Position numbers and translations under genes: made by a program. Of a stretch of DNA of 64,000 bases, positions 17,819-28,127 are shown one piece after another. Positions within the stretch are counted from its first letter, which is position 1. Each line of letters begins with the position of its first letter. The DNA is taken from contig JAKFDA010000072.1 in NCBI GenBank assembly GCA_036676355.1, positions 77,705 to 141,704 on the forward strand, read 5' to 3'. This DNA comes from Nitrosomonadales bacterium. GTDB lineage: Bacteria > Pseudomonadota > Gammaproteobacteria > Burkholderiales > SG8-39. The notes beneath the pieces were generated by a model that saw nothing but the letters and a program-made list of their open reading frames with translations, had not been told where the DNA came from and searched no databases.

Positions 17819-19011
17819 ATCCGACCACGCCGTTCTTCTCCGATACGCGGCCGCTGGTCGTGCATGTGCTGCATCGCTTCGCCGTTGGCGGGCTGGAAAA
17901 CGGCGTGGTCAATCTGATCAACCGCATGCCGCGGAGCACATTCCGCCACGCCATCGTCGCGATGACCGAGATTACAGAATTCAAGGATCGCATCGATCAC
18001 GACGATGTGCAGTACATCGCGTTGAACAAGCCGTCCGGTCACGCGATTCGCCTGTATCCGGCGCTGATTCGTCTGTTTCGCAAACTGCGGCCGGCGGTGG
18101 TGCACACGCGCAATCTGTCGGCGCTCGAAGCATCGGTGCCCGCCGCGCTGGCCGGTGTGCCGGTGCGTATCCATAGTGAGCACGGCCGGGATGTCGCGGA
18201 TCTCGATGGTTCGAGCGCCAAGTATCGCTGGATGCGGCGTGCCTTCAGTCCTTTTGTGCATCGCTACGTTGCGCTGTCGTGCGATCTCGAACGCTACCTC
18301 GTCGATCGTGTCGGTATTGCCCCTTATCGCGTGGCGCAAATCTACAACGGCGTCGATACGGTGCATTTCCGGCCGGCGCCACAGGGGCGCGCGCCGATCG
18401 ACGGCTCGCCGTTCAACGATCCCGCGCTATGGGTCGTCGGCACGGTGGGGCGCATGCATGCGGTGAAAGATCAACTCACGCTGGTGCGGGCGTTTCTGCA
18501 TGCGCTCGAAACCGTGCCCGATGCGAAGGCGCGGATGCGCCTCATGCTTGTCGGCGATGGACCGCTGCGCGCCGAGGCCGAGCAGATGCTGCGTGCAAGC
18601 GGTGCGACCGATTACGCCTGGCTCACCGGGGAACGCCGCGATGTGCCCGAACTGATGCGCGCCATGGATTGCTTTGTGTTGCCCTCGCTGGCCGAGGGGA
18701 TTTCCAACACCATCCTCGAAGCCATGGCGTGCGGACTGCCGGTCATCGCCACGCGCGTCGGCGGCAATCCGGAACTGGTGCTCGATCAGCTGACGGGCAC
18801 ACTAATTTCATCCGGCGATGCTGTTGCGTTGATGACCGCGATGAACGGCTATTACGCACTGCCTGAACTCGCGCGCGATCACGGTCGTGCTGGACGCGCG
18901 CGCGTGGAACGCAAATTCAGTCTCGATTACATGGCGCATCGCTACGAAGCGCTCTACACGAGCCTGTTCGGCGCGAGCGCAATGAGTCGCGCCGGACTCA
19001 AAACCACCTGA
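17815..19011 (+). CDS. GT4 glycosyltransferase, PEP-CTERM/EpsH1-associated (stp2-like)
   Basis: ATGA overlap with xrtA. The N-terminus VVHVLHRFAVGGLENGVVNLIN is typical. The C-terminal motif LPSLAEGISNTILEAMACGLPVIAT is the GT4 E-x7-E region. Confidence 0.85.
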   Translation: MNPTTPFFSDTRPLVVHVLHRFAVGGLENGVVNLINRMPRSTFRHAIVAMTEITEFKDRIDHDDVQYIALNKPSGHAIRLYPALIRLFRKLRPAVVHTRNLSALEASVPAALAGVPVRIHSEHGRDVADLDGSSAKYRWMRRAFSPFVHRYVALSCDLERYLVDRVGIAPYRVAQIYNGVDTVHFRPAPQGRAPIDGSPFNDPALWVVGTVGRMHAVKDQLTLVRAFLHALETVPDAKARMRLMLVGDGPLRAEAEQMLRASGATDYAWLTGERRDVPELMRAMDCFVLPSLAEGISNTILEAMACGLPVIATRVGGNPELVLDQLTGTLISSGDAVALMTAMNGYYALPELARDHGRAGRARVERKFSLDYMAHRYEALYTSLFGASAMSRAGLKTT

Positions 19012-19027
19012 GGAACTGAACCCGATC

Positions 19028-20953
19028 ATGTGCGGCCTCGTCGGCATTTTCGATACACGCGGAAAGCGCGACATTGCGCGTTCCGTGCTGCATCGCATGA
19101 ACGAATCGCAACTGCATCGCGGTCCGGATCAAGGCGGGCTGCATGTCGAGCCGGGACTCGGGTTGGGTCATCGACGCTTGTCGATCATCGATCTGTCCTC
19201 GGGACGGCAACCGATATTCAATGAGGACCACACCGTGGCGGTGGTCTACAACGGCGAGATTTACAACTACCTGCCGCTGATTGCCGAACTGAGCGCGCTC
19301 GGGCACGTCTTCCGTACGCGCAGCGACAGCGAAGTGATCGTGCATGCATGGGAAGCATGGGGCGAACGATGCGTCGAACGTTTTCGCGGCATGTTCGCTT
19401 TCGCCGTCTGGGATCGCAATCGCGAAACGCTCTTCCTTGCGCGCGACCGCCTGGGTGTCAAGCCGTTGCACTATGCGGTGTTGCCGGACGGCATGGCGCT
19501 GTTCGGATCCGAACTCAAATCGCTGCTCGCGCACGGTTCGCTCAAGCGCGACATCGATCCATGCGCGGTGGAAGAATATTTCGCGCTCGGCTACGTGGCC
19601 GAGCCGCGCACGATTTTCAAGGGCGTCTGCAAACTACCGCCGGCGCATACGCTTTGTATCCGGCGCGGACAACCGATCCCGGCGCCGCGCGAATACTGGG
19701 ACGTGCGCTTCACGCTCGACAATCGCATCGGCGATGCGGACGCATTCGCGGAACTCGAAGCCCGGCTGAAGGAATCGGTACAACTGCGGCTGATGTCCGA
19801 AGTACCGCTCGGCGCCTTCCTGTCCGGCGGGGTGGATTCGAGCGCGGTTGTTGCAATGATGGCCGGCGTATCGAATGAGCCGGTCAATACCTGTTCCATT
19901 GCCTTCGACGACCCGGTGTACGACGAGAGCAAATACGCCCGGCAGGTGGCGGAACGCTATTGCACCCGCCATTACGTCGAGCAGGTTGGCAGCGATGATT
20001 TCGATCTGATCGATACGCTGGCCGGACTGTACGACGAACCGTATGCCGACAGCTCGGCCATTCCGACCTATCGCGTCTGTCAGCTTGCGCGCAAGCGCGT
20101 GACGGTTGCGTTGTCCGGCGACGGCGGCGATGAAAATTTCGCCGGTTATCGGCGCTACCGCCTGCATCTGTCCGAGGAGCGCATGCGCGGGGCCTTGCCG
20201 CTGGCGTTGCGCAAATCGGTATTCGGACTGCTCGGGCGCATGTATCCGAAAGCGGACTGGGCGCCGCGCGTGCTACGCGCCAAAGCCACGTTCGAAGCCC
20301 TGTCGCGCGATGCGGTCGAAGCCTATCTCGCCGGCGTCTCGATCGTGCGCGACAACGCGCGTCGCGAACTGTTCAGCGGCGCCTTTCGCGCGCAACTGGG
20401 CGGCTACTCCGCGGCGGAAGTGTTTCATCGTCATGCCGCGCGCGCCGACGTTGACGATCCGCTCGCGCTGGTGCAATACCTCGATCTCAAGACCTATCTG
20501 GTCGGCGACATCAATACCAAGGTCGATCGCGCGAGCATGGCGCATTCGCTCGAGGTGCGCGAACCGCTCATGGATCACCCGCTGGTGGAATGGCTGGCGA
20601 CCCTGCCGTCCGCGCTCAAGGTGCGCGGGCACGAAGGCAAATACCTGCTCAAGAAGGCGATGGCGCCGCACCTGCCGGACGAGATCCTGTATCGGCGCAA
20701 GCGCGGGTTCGCCGTCCCGCTGGCGCGCTGGTTCCGCGGTCCGTTGCGCGAGCGCGTGCGCGAATCGGTGCTCGGACCGCGCCTGCTCGATACCGGCATC
20801 TTCAATCCGCTGCAGTTGCAGCGTCTGATCGACCAGCATCAATCCGGTATTCGCGACCACAGCGCCGCGCTGTGGTCGCTGCTGATGTTCGAAGCCTTCG
20901 TGCGTCAAACCGATGTCGCGATTCACGACCAACCGCTGCGCTACGCAAGCTGA
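19028..20953 (+). CDS. asnB: Asparagine synthase (glutamine-hydrolysing) family amidotransferase, exosortase A-associated
   Basis: Begins MCGLVGIF (Ntn Cys2). Contains HRRLSIIDL, NGEIYNY and SDSEV. The PP-loop is FLSGGVDSS. Confidence 0.9.
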   Translation: MCGLVGIFDTRGKRDIARSVLHRMNESQLHRGPDQGGLHVEPGLGLGHRRLSIIDLSSGRQPIFNEDHTVAVVYNGEIYNYLPLIAELSALGHVFRTRSDSEVIVHAWEAWGERCVERFRGMFAFAVWDRNRETLFLARDRLGVKPLHYAVLPDGMALFGSELKSLLAHGSLKRDIDPCAVEEYFALGYVAEPRTIFKGVCKLPPAHTLCIRRGQPIPAPREYWDVRFTLDNRIGDADAFAELEARLKESVQLRLMSEVPLGAFLSGGVDSSAVVAMMAGVSNEPVNTCSIAFDDPVYDESKYARQVAERYCTRHYVEQVGSDDFDLIDTLAGLYDEPYADSSAIPTYRVCQLARKRVTVALSGDGGDENFAGYRRYRLHLSEERMRGALPLALRKSVFGLLGRMYPKADWAPRVLRAKATFEALSRDAVEAYLAGVSIVRDNARRELFSGAFRAQLGGYSAAEVFHRHAARADVDDPLALVQYLDLKTYLVGDINTKVDRASMAHSLEVREPLMDHPLVEWLATLPSALKVRGHEGKYLLKKAMAPHLPDEILYRRKRGFAVPLARWFRGPLRERVRESVLGPRLLDTGIFNPLQLQRLIDQHQSGIRDHSAALWSLLMFEAFVRQTDVAIHDQPLRYAS

Positions 20954-20967
20954 GGACAAGAAAAAAC

Positions 20968-22371
20968 ATGCGCGACTTCTACACCAGACTGTGTGCGAAT
21001 GTGATTTTCCCGCTGCACGAGCGTGCCAAGGGCCATCGCAGCGTGGCGATGCTGCATGAACTGATGCAGTCTCAATGGCACGATGCGGATCGGCTGGCGC
21101 AATTGCGCATCGAGCGGCTGCGCCATCTGCTTGTCTTCGCCGGCGCAAACGTGCCGTACTACCGCGACACTTTCGCGCGCCTCGATTTCGATCCGTCGCG
21201 CGTGACGTCGCTCGACGAGCTTGCGCGCCTGCCCTTGCTGACCAAGGATGTGATGCGCGACGAAGGCGACCGCATGGGCACGGCCGCGGCAGCGGATCTG
21301 CCGTGGCGGTACACCACCGGCTCGACCGGCGACCCGCTGCGTTTCAAGACCGGCATCGGACGCAAAAGCGCGGATGTCGCGGCGAAATGGCGCGCAACGC
21401 GCTGGTGGGATGTCGACATCGGTGATCGCGAGCTGGTGTGCTGGAGTTCGCCGATCGAGATCAAGGCGCAGGACCGTGTGCGCGATGTGCGCGACGCGCT
21501 GCTGCGCAGCATGACGCTGTCCACCATGGCGCTGACGCCGGAGCGACTGGACGAGATCGTCGCACGCATCCGCGCCGTGCGCCCCAGAATGCTGTTCGGC
21601 TATACCTCGTCGCTGACGCTCATCGCGCAGCATGCCTTGGTGCGCGGTGTCGATCTCACGCGACAGGGCATCAAGGTGGTATTCGTCACTGCCGAGCGGC
21701 TCGATCCATATCAGCGCGACGCGATCACGCGCGGCTTTGGTTGCCCGGTGGCCAACGGCTACGGCGGCCGCGATGCCGGGTTCATCGCCCATGAATGCCC
21801 GCATGGCGGAATGCATATCACCGCCGAGGACATCATCGTCGAAATCGTCGACGAACAGGGGCGCGTTCTGCCGCCGGGCGAGGCCGGCCAGGTGCTGGTG
21901 ACGCATCTGCACTCGCACGATTTTCCCTTCGTGCGCTACAGCAACGGCGACATTGCGGTGCTGGACGATGCGCCGTGTGTGTGCGGACGCGGTTTGCCGC
22001 TCATCCGCGAGGTGCAGGGCCGTAGTGCGGAGCTGGTCTACGCGCTGAACGGCGCGCGCGTGCATTCCACTTCGTTTTCCGCCGGCCTGCGCCAACTCCC
22101 CGGCATGTTGGCGTTCAAGGTGATCCAGGAGACGCTCCAGCGCATCCGTCTGCAACTCGCGGTGACGCCGCAATTCGATGCGCCGCGGGCGTTGCCGGAC
22201 ATCGAGCGCCGCTTCCGTCATTTCCTCGGCCCGGTCGACATCGAAGTGGAATTCGTCGAACGGATCGAACCGGAGCCGAGCGGCAAATACGCCTACGTGG
22301 TGACGCGCGTGCAAACCCCGCCCCCGCAGCCGGTTGCGCGTCCGGCCGATGCGATCGCGAGCGAGGCCTGA
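20968..22371 (+). CDS. Phenylacetate-CoA ligase/F390-synthetase-like adenylate-forming enzyme
   Basis: ATG at 20968 gives 467 aa. The N-terminus ...ERLRHLLVFAGANVPYYRD and the motif YTTGSTGDPLRF (AMP-binding P-loop-like) fit the PaaK-type family. The ORF-track start at 20590 overlaps asnB. Confidence 0.7.
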   Translation: MRDFYTRLCANVIFPLHERAKGHRSVAMLHELMQSQWHDADRLAQLRIERLRHLLVFAGANVPYYRDTFARLDFDPSRVTSLDELARLPLLTKDVMRDEGDRMGTAAAADLPWRYTTGSTGDPLRFKTGIGRKSADVAAKWRATRWWDVDIGDRELVCWSSPIEIKAQDRVRDVRDALLRSMTLSTMALTPERLDEIVARIRAVRPRMLFGYTSSLTLIAQHALVRGVDLTRQGIKVVFVTAERLDPYQRDAITRGFGCPVANGYGGRDAGFIAHECPHGGMHITAEDIIVEIVDEQGRVLPPGEAGQVLVTHLHSHDFPFVRYSNGDIAVLDDAPCVCGRGLPLIREVQGRSAELVYALNGARVHSTSFSAGLRQLPGMLAFKVIQETLQRIRLQLAVTPQFDAPRALPDIERRFRHFLGPVDIEVEFVERIEPEPSGKYAYVVTRVQTPPPQPVARPADAIASEA

Positions 22372-22373
22372 CG

Positions 22374-23600
22374 ATGCGCATCCTGCACATACTCGACCAC
22401 TCGCTGCCGCTGCACAGCGGGTATGCGTTTCGTACCATCTCACTGCTGCGCGAACAGCGGGCGTGCGGCTGGGAAACGATCCAACTCACCACGCCGCGTC
22501 ATGGCGTGCCCAGCACGGCGGTGGAAGACGTCGACGGCTGGGAGTTTCATCGCACCAACAGCTTGTCGAGGCGCTGGCACAAGCTGCCGGGTGCGTTGTA
22601 CGTCGGCGAAATGTACGCCACGGCCAGGCGCATCGACGAACTGGTGCGGCGTTACAAACCCGACGTACTGCATGCGCATTCGCCCGTGTTGAACGTGCTG
22701 CCGGCGATTCGCGTCGGACACAGACACGGCATCCCGGTGGTGTACGAACTGCGCGCGCTGTGGGAGGACGCCGCGGTCGACCACGGCACGACCACACAGG
22801 GGAGCGTGCGCTATCGCATATCGCGCGCGCTCGAAAGCTATGCGCTGCGCCATGTCGATCACGTCACGACGATTTGCGAAGGGTTGCGTCGCGACATCAC
22901 GCTGCGCGGTATAGACCCGGCGCGCGTCACCGTGATTCCCAACGCGGTCGATCCGCGCGCCTTTCAACTCGGCGGCGCGCCGGATCTGACCCTGCGCAAA
23001 CGTCTCGGACTCGACGGCGCAACGGTGCTCGGTTTCGCCGGCTCGTTCTACTCCTACGAAGGCCTTGATCTGCTGATCGACGCCGTTTCGCAACTCGCAG
23101 CACGCCGTCCCGATATCCGCGTGCTGCTGGTCGGCGGCGGTCCGCAGGAAGCGGCGTTGCGCAAGCAGGCGCGCGAACTGGGCATCGAAAGCCGCATCAT
23201 TTTCACCGGTCGCGTGCCGCATGTTGAAGTGCAGCATTACTACGATCTCGCCGATGTGCTGGTCTATCCGCGCCGCGCGATGCGGCTGACCGAAATCGTC
23301 ACGCCGCTCAAGCCGCTCGAAGCGATGGCGCAGGGACGCATGCTGATCGCCTCCGATGTCGGCGGGCATCGCGAACTGATTCGCGACGGCGAAACGGGTT
23401 TCATGTTTCGCGCCGGCGATGTCTACGCGCTTGCCGCGACGATCGAAGCCGTTCTGGCCCAGCGCGCGAACTGGGAAGGCGTGCGGGCGAAGGCGCGCCG
23501 CTATGTGGAAACGGAGCGCACCTGGGCGAGCAGCGCGGCGCGCTATGTTCATGTTTACCGTCAGCTGCCGTCGCGCGGACGCGCGCCGCTGGCGGTGTAG
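22374..23600 (+). CDS. GT4 glycosyltransferase, exosortase A system-associated
   Basis: Begins MRILHILDHSLPLHSGYAFRT and contains the C-terminal TPLKPLEAMAQGRMLIASDVGG. It starts 2 nt after the previous stop. Confidence 0.85.
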   Translation: MRILHILDHSLPLHSGYAFRTISLLREQRACGWETIQLTTPRHGVPSTAVEDVDGWEFHRTNSLSRRWHKLPGALYVGEMYATARRIDELVRRYKPDVLHAHSPVLNVLPAIRVGHRHGIPVVYELRALWEDAAVDHGTTTQGSVRYRISRALESYALRHVDHVTTICEGLRRDITLRGIDPARVTVIPNAVDPRAFQLGGAPDLTLRKRLGLDGATVLGFAGSFYSYEGLDLLIDAVSQLAARRPDIRVLLVGGGPQEAALRKQARELGIESRIIFTGRVPHVEVQHYYDLADVLVYPRRAMRLTEIVTPLKPLEAMAQGRMLIASDVGGHRELIRDGETGFMFRAGDVYALAATIEAVLAQRANWEGVRAKARRYVETERTWASSAARYVHVYRQLPSRGRAPLAV

Positions 23601-23617
23601 CGGAGCGGATACCGGTC

Positions 23618-25540
23618 ATGTGCGGCATCTACGGCATCTATCAGCTCGACGACAACGCGGCGCCGCGCGAACTGCTCGCGCGCATGGGTGCGGCCACGTT
23701 GCATCGTGGGCCGGACGATGAAGGCATGCACGCCGACGGACGTTGCGCCATCGGCATGCGGCGTCTGTCGATCATCGATCTGACCGGCGGCCATCAGCCG
23801 CTATCGAGCTCGGACGAGCGCATCTGGCTGGTATGCAACGGCGAGATCTACAACTATCGCGCGCTGCGTCAGTCGCTCGAGCCCAAAGGCTATCGCTTCA
23901 AGACGCAAACCGATTGCGAGGTGCTGATCGCGCTGTATCAGGAATACGGCGACGACTTCGTGTGCCATCTCAACGGCATGTTTGCCTTCGCGCTGTGGGA
24001 CGGACGCCGCCAACGCATGCTCATCGGGCGCGATCGACTGGGCATCAAGCCGCTCTATCTTTGTCGCGAGGGAAGGCGCTTCGCTTTCGCCAGCGAGGCG
24101 AAAGCGCTGCTCGCGCTGCCCGATATGCGAATCGATATCGATGCCGCCGCGCTCGATTCTTACTTGCACCTCGGCTATGTGCCCGCGCCGCAATCGATGT
24201 TTCTCGGCATCGAGAAGCTTCCTCCGGCAACTTTGATGGTCATCGAAAACGGCCGTGTGACGGCACGGCGTTATTGGCAGATGCCGCAGCAGATGGATCG
24301 CAGTCTGGATGAACACGAATGGACGGACGCCGTGCGCGCGCAACTGGAAACGTCGGTGCGCATGCAGATGGTGAGCGACGTGCCGATCGGCGCGTTCCTG
24401 TCCGGCGGGGTCGATTCGAGCGGCGTGGTCGGCTTCATGGCGCGGCACAGCGAGCGGCCGATCAAGACTTATGCCATCGGCTTCGAAGGCGAGGGCGCGG
24501 AAAACTTCTACAACGAACTGCCCTATGCCCGCCGGGTTGCGCAGCGCTTCGGCACCGAGCATCACGAGATTCTCGTGCGCCCCGATGTGGTGAGTTTGCT
24601 GCCGCAACTGATGTGGCATATGGACGAGCCGATCGCCGACACCGCATTCATCACCACCTATCTGGTATCCGAATTCGCCCGCCGCGATGTGACGGTGATT
24701 CTGTCCGGCGTCGGCGGCGACGAACTGTTCGGCGGCTATCGACGCTATCTCGGTCACCGCTATCAGCGTTACTTCGATCGTCTGCCGGCGTGGGCGCGCC
24801 GTGCGGCGGTGTCCGCTGCCGGCCGGCTGCCCGCTGACCGGCACTCCCCGCTGCTCAATCTCAGCCGTTATGCCAAGGGCTTTCTGGCCGGCGCAGAACA
24901 GTCGTTCGAAAACCGCTATCGCTCCTACATCCAGGTGTTCTCGCCCGACATGGCGTACACGCTGCGACAGATCAACGGCGTGGAGCGCTGGGACGCGCTC
25001 GATGCGGCCTTTGGCCGCGCCTGTTCCGACGATCCGCTCAACCGCATGCTGGTGGTCGATACCGAAACGCAGCTGCCGGACGACCTGCTCATGCTGACCG
25101 ACAAGATGTCGATGGCGACTTCACTCGAATGCCGGGTGCCGCTGCTCGATCATGAACTCGTCGAACTCGCCGCGCGCATGCCCGAAGGCGTGAAGATTCG
25201 AGGCGGCCGATTGAAGCATCTGCTCAAGCGTTCGCTCCACGACCTGTTGCCGCAGGACATCCTGCAACGTCGCAAGCGCGGCTTCGGCACGCCGATGGGT
25301 GCGTGGCTGAAAAAGGATCTCGCGCCGGTATTGCGCCACCTGTTGTCCGACGATGCGGTCAAGGCGCGCGGCATTTTTCGACCGGACACGGTGCGCGAAC
25401 TCATGGTTGCGCATGACGCCAGCCGCATTGACGGCACTGACCGGCTGCTTGCCCTGCTGAACCTGGAAATCTGGTCACGCATCTATCTGGATCGTCGCAG
25501 TCCGAGCGACGTGGCCGATGAGCTCAAGGCGGCCGCATGA
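23618..25540 (+). CDS. asnB: Asparagine synthase (glutamine-hydrolysing) family amidotransferase, second copy
   Basis: Begins MCGIYGIY (Cys2). Contains MRRLSIIDL, NGEIYNY and TDCEV. The PP-loop is FLSGGVDSS. Confidence 0.9.
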   Translation: MCGIYGIYQLDDNAAPRELLARMGAATLHRGPDDEGMHADGRCAIGMRRLSIIDLTGGHQPLSSSDERIWLVCNGEIYNYRALRQSLEPKGYRFKTQTDCEVLIALYQEYGDDFVCHLNGMFAFALWDGRRQRMLIGRDRLGIKPLYLCREGRRFAFASEAKALLALPDMRIDIDAAALDSYLHLGYVPAPQSMFLGIEKLPPATLMVIENGRVTARRYWQMPQQMDRSLDEHEWTDAVRAQLETSVRMQMVSDVPIGAFLSGGVDSSGVVGFMARHSERPIKTYAIGFEGEGAENFYNELPYARRVAQRFGTEHHEILVRPDVVSLLPQLMWHMDEPIADTAFITTYLVSEFARRDVTVILSGVGGDELFGGYRRYLGHRYQRYFDRLPAWARRAAVSAAGRLPADRHSPLLNLSRYAKGFLAGAEQSFENRYRSYIQVFSPDMAYTLRQINGVERWDALDAAFGRACSDDPLNRMLVVDTETQLPDDLLMLTDKMSMATSLECRVPLLDHELVELAARMPEGVKIRGGRLKHLLKRSLHDLLPQDILQRRKRGFGTPMGAWLKKDLAPVLRHLLSDDAVKARGIFRPDTVRELMVAHDASRIDGTDRLLALLNLEIWSRIYLDRRSPSDVADELKAAA

Positions 25541-26763
25541 ACATCCTCTACGTCTGCCATCGCTTTCCCTTTCCGCCCAAACGCGGCGGCAAGATCCGGC
25601 CGTTCAACATGATCAGGCATCTGAGCGAGACGCACGCCGTGACGGTCGCCTCGCTGGTGAGATCGGACGTCGAAGAGAAGGAAGGCGCCGGCATCGCCGC
25701 GCATTGCGCCGAGTTTCTAATGGGCCGCGTCGACAATAGCGTGCAGGCCGCGCGCATGGTGGCGCGCCTGCCGACATTGCGGCCTTCGTCGTTCGGATTC
25801 TTCTATTCGTCCCGACTGGCGGAAAAAATCCGCGCAACGCTGGCGCGCAAGCGCTACGACCTGATCTTCGTGCACTGCTCGTCGGTTGCGTCCTACGTCG
25901 CGCAGGTGCAGGGCATCCCGAAAATTCTCGATTTCGGCGACATGGATTCGCAAAAGTGGCTGGAGTACGCGCAGTACAAGCGCTTTCCGCTTTCGGCCGG
26001 CTACTGGCTGGAGGGCCACAAGCTGGTGCGCGAGGAAAAGCGGCTGGCGCGCAAGTTCGATCTGTGCACCGCCACCACGCGCGCGGAGTGGGAGACGCTC
26101 AACGGTTATGGCGTCGATGTGCCGACCGACTGGTTCCCCAACGGCGTGGACAGCAATTACTTCGCCCCGATCGACAGCGCCTACGACCGGGACACCATCA
26201 GCTTCATCGGGCGCATGGACTACTACCCGAATCAGGAATGCATGTTCGAGTTCTGCGCCGTCACTTTGCCGAAGTTGCGCGCGCGCCGCCCGAACATCAA
26301 GTTGATGATCATCGGCGCCGATCCGCCGCCGGCGGTGCGCCGTCTGGGTGAGTTGCCCGGCGTGACGGTGACCGGTTCGGTGCTCGACGTGCGCCCCTAT
26401 GTACGCTGTTCCGCGCTGATGGTCGCGCCGCTCAATATCGCGCGCGGCACGCAGAACAAGATTCTCGAAGCGATGGCGATGGGCGTGCCGGTCGTCACCA
26501 GCCGCATCGCCGCCGGCGGCGTGGACGCGGTGGACGAAGAACACTTTCTCGTCGCCGACGACACTGACGCTTGCGTGCGCAAGATTCTGCGCGTGCTCGA
26601 CGACCCCGGCGAACGCAGACGACTGGCGCGCGCCGGCCGTGCCCGCATGTTGTCGCATCACGCCTGGCCGAAATCAATGCAACGGCTGGATCGCATCATC
26701 GATCGCTGCGTGCGCGGCGGCACCGCGGACGCATTCACTCTGGAAAAGGAAACCGCGCAGTGA
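25537..26763 (+). CDS. GT4 glycosyltransferase, PEP-CTERM/EpsH1-associated (stp1-like)
   Basis: ATGA overlap with the previous gene. The N-terminus MNILYVCHRFPFPPKRGGKIRPFNMIRHL is characteristic of the stp1 family. Confidence 0.85.
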   Translation: MNILYVCHRFPFPPKRGGKIRPFNMIRHLSETHAVTVASLVRSDVEEKEGAGIAAHCAEFLMGRVDNSVQAARMVARLPTLRPSSFGFFYSSRLAEKIRATLARKRYDLIFVHCSSVASYVAQVQGIPKILDFGDMDSQKWLEYAQYKRFPLSAGYWLEGHKLVREEKRLARKFDLCTATTRAEWETLNGYGVDVPTDWFPNGVDSNYFAPIDSAYDRDTISFIGRMDYYPNQECMFEFCAVTLPKLRARRPNIKLMIIGADPPPAVRRLGELPGVTVTGSVLDVRPYVRCSALMVAPLNIARGTQNKILEAMAMGVPVVTSRIAAGGVDAVDEEHFLVADDTDACVRKILRVLDDPGERRRLARAGRARMLSHHAWPKSMQRLDRIIDRCVRGGTADAFTLEKETAQ

Positions 26764-28127
26764 AAATCAGCATTTTCGGATTGGGATACGTCGGCGCCGT
26801 TTCGCTCGCTTGCCTTGCGCGCGACGGTCATCAAGTCATCGGTGTGGATATCGATCTAACCAAACTCGACCTGATCGCCGAGGGTAAAACGCCGGTGGTG
26901 GAAGAGGGCATGGTCGACCTGATGCGCGAAGGCGTCGCGACAGGGCGAGTTGCGGTGACGCAGGACGTGACGCAGGCGATCAAGGACAGCGAGATGTCGC
27001 TGATCTGCGTCGGCACGCCGTCGGCGCCGAACGGTAGTCAGGATCAGTCCGCGCTGTTGCGCATGGCCGCCGAACTGGGTGCGGCGATGCGCGAAAAAAT
27101 CGGCATGCACGTGTTCGTTTTTCGCTCGACCGTGGTGCCGGGCACGGTGGAAGATGTGCTGCGGCCCATTCTCGAACGCGAGTCGGGCAAGACCGACGGC
27201 GTTGATTTCCATATCTGCTTTCAACCGGAATTCCTGCGCGAAGGCTCGTCGATCAGGGATTACGACCAGCCGCCTTTCACCATTGTCGGCGCCGATCATG
27301 CCGATGCGACGGCGGCGTTGCGCGCGCTGTTCGGCCATCTGCCGTGCGAGTTCATCAACACTTCGGTGCGCGCGGCCGAAACGGTCAAGTATTGCTGCAA
27401 TAACTTCCACGCGTTGAAGATCACCTTCGCCAATGAGACCGCGCGATTGTGCGAGGCGCTCGACGTCGATCCCTTCGAGGTGATGGATCTGCTGTGTCGC
27501 GACACGCAATTGAATATATCCAGGGCGTATCTGCGACCCGGCTTCGCCTTCGGCGGTTCGTGTCTGCCCAAAGATCTGCGCGCGACCAACTACCTTTCGA
27601 AAATGCGCGATGTGGAGTTGCCGATGCTCGGCAATATCCTTGCGTCCAATCGCGCCCATCTCGATCATGCGATCGCCAAGATCGCGGCCACGGGGAAACG
27701 GCGCATCGGCCTGATCGGTCTGTCGTTCAAGACCGGCACCGATGACTTACGCGAAAGCCCGCTGGTGCTGCTGGCCAAGCATCTCATCGGCGAGGGCATG
27801 CAGTTGCTGGTGTACGACCCGGAAGTGCATCTGTCCCGCCTGCTCGGCGCCAACCGCCGCTTCATCGAAGAGCAGGTGCCGCATCTGGGTCTGCTCATGC
27901 GGCCCGATCTGGAAACGGTGGCGCGCGAATCCGATCTGCTGATCGTCGGTCTGAACGACGCGCAGACGTTGGAATCGCTCAAGCGCCACGCGCGCGACGA
28001 ACACACCATTCTCGATCTGGTGCACCTGGCGGATCGTGCCGGCTTGCGCGGCCGTTATGTCGGGCTGTGCTGGCAGGCGCAGACCGGCGGAGACGATGAT
28101 GCTCAAGAGCGACGCGCTGCCGCCTGA
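26760..28127 (+). CDS. Nucleotide-sugar 6-dehydrogenase, GDP-mannose dehydrogenase (AlgD)-like
   Basis: The GTG start overlaps the previous TGA (GTGA). VKISIFGLGYVGAVSLACLARDGHQVIGVD closely resembles the AlgD N-terminus as I remember it. The catalytic-Cys region is GFAFGGSCLPKD. Confidence 0.8.
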   Translation: MKISIFGLGYVGAVSLACLARDGHQVIGVDIDLTKLDLIAEGKTPVVEEGMVDLMREGVATGRVAVTQDVTQAIKDSEMSLICVGTPSAPNGSQDQSALLRMAAELGAAMREKIGMHVFVFRSTVVPGTVEDVLRPILERESGKTDGVDFHICFQPEFLREGSSIRDYDQPPFTIVGADHADATAALRALFGHLPCEFINTSVRAAETVKYCCNNFHALKITFANETARLCEALDVDPFEVMDLLCRDTQLNISRAYLRPGFAFGGSCLPKDLRATNYLSKMRDVELPMLGNILASNRAHLDHAIAKIAATGKRRIGLIGLSFKTGTDDLRESPLVLLAKHLIGEGMQLLVYDPEVHLSRLLGANRRFIEEQVPHLGLLMRPDLETVARESDLLIVGLNDAQTLESLKRHARDEHTILDLVHLADRAGLRGRYVGLCWQAQTGGDDDAQERRAAA

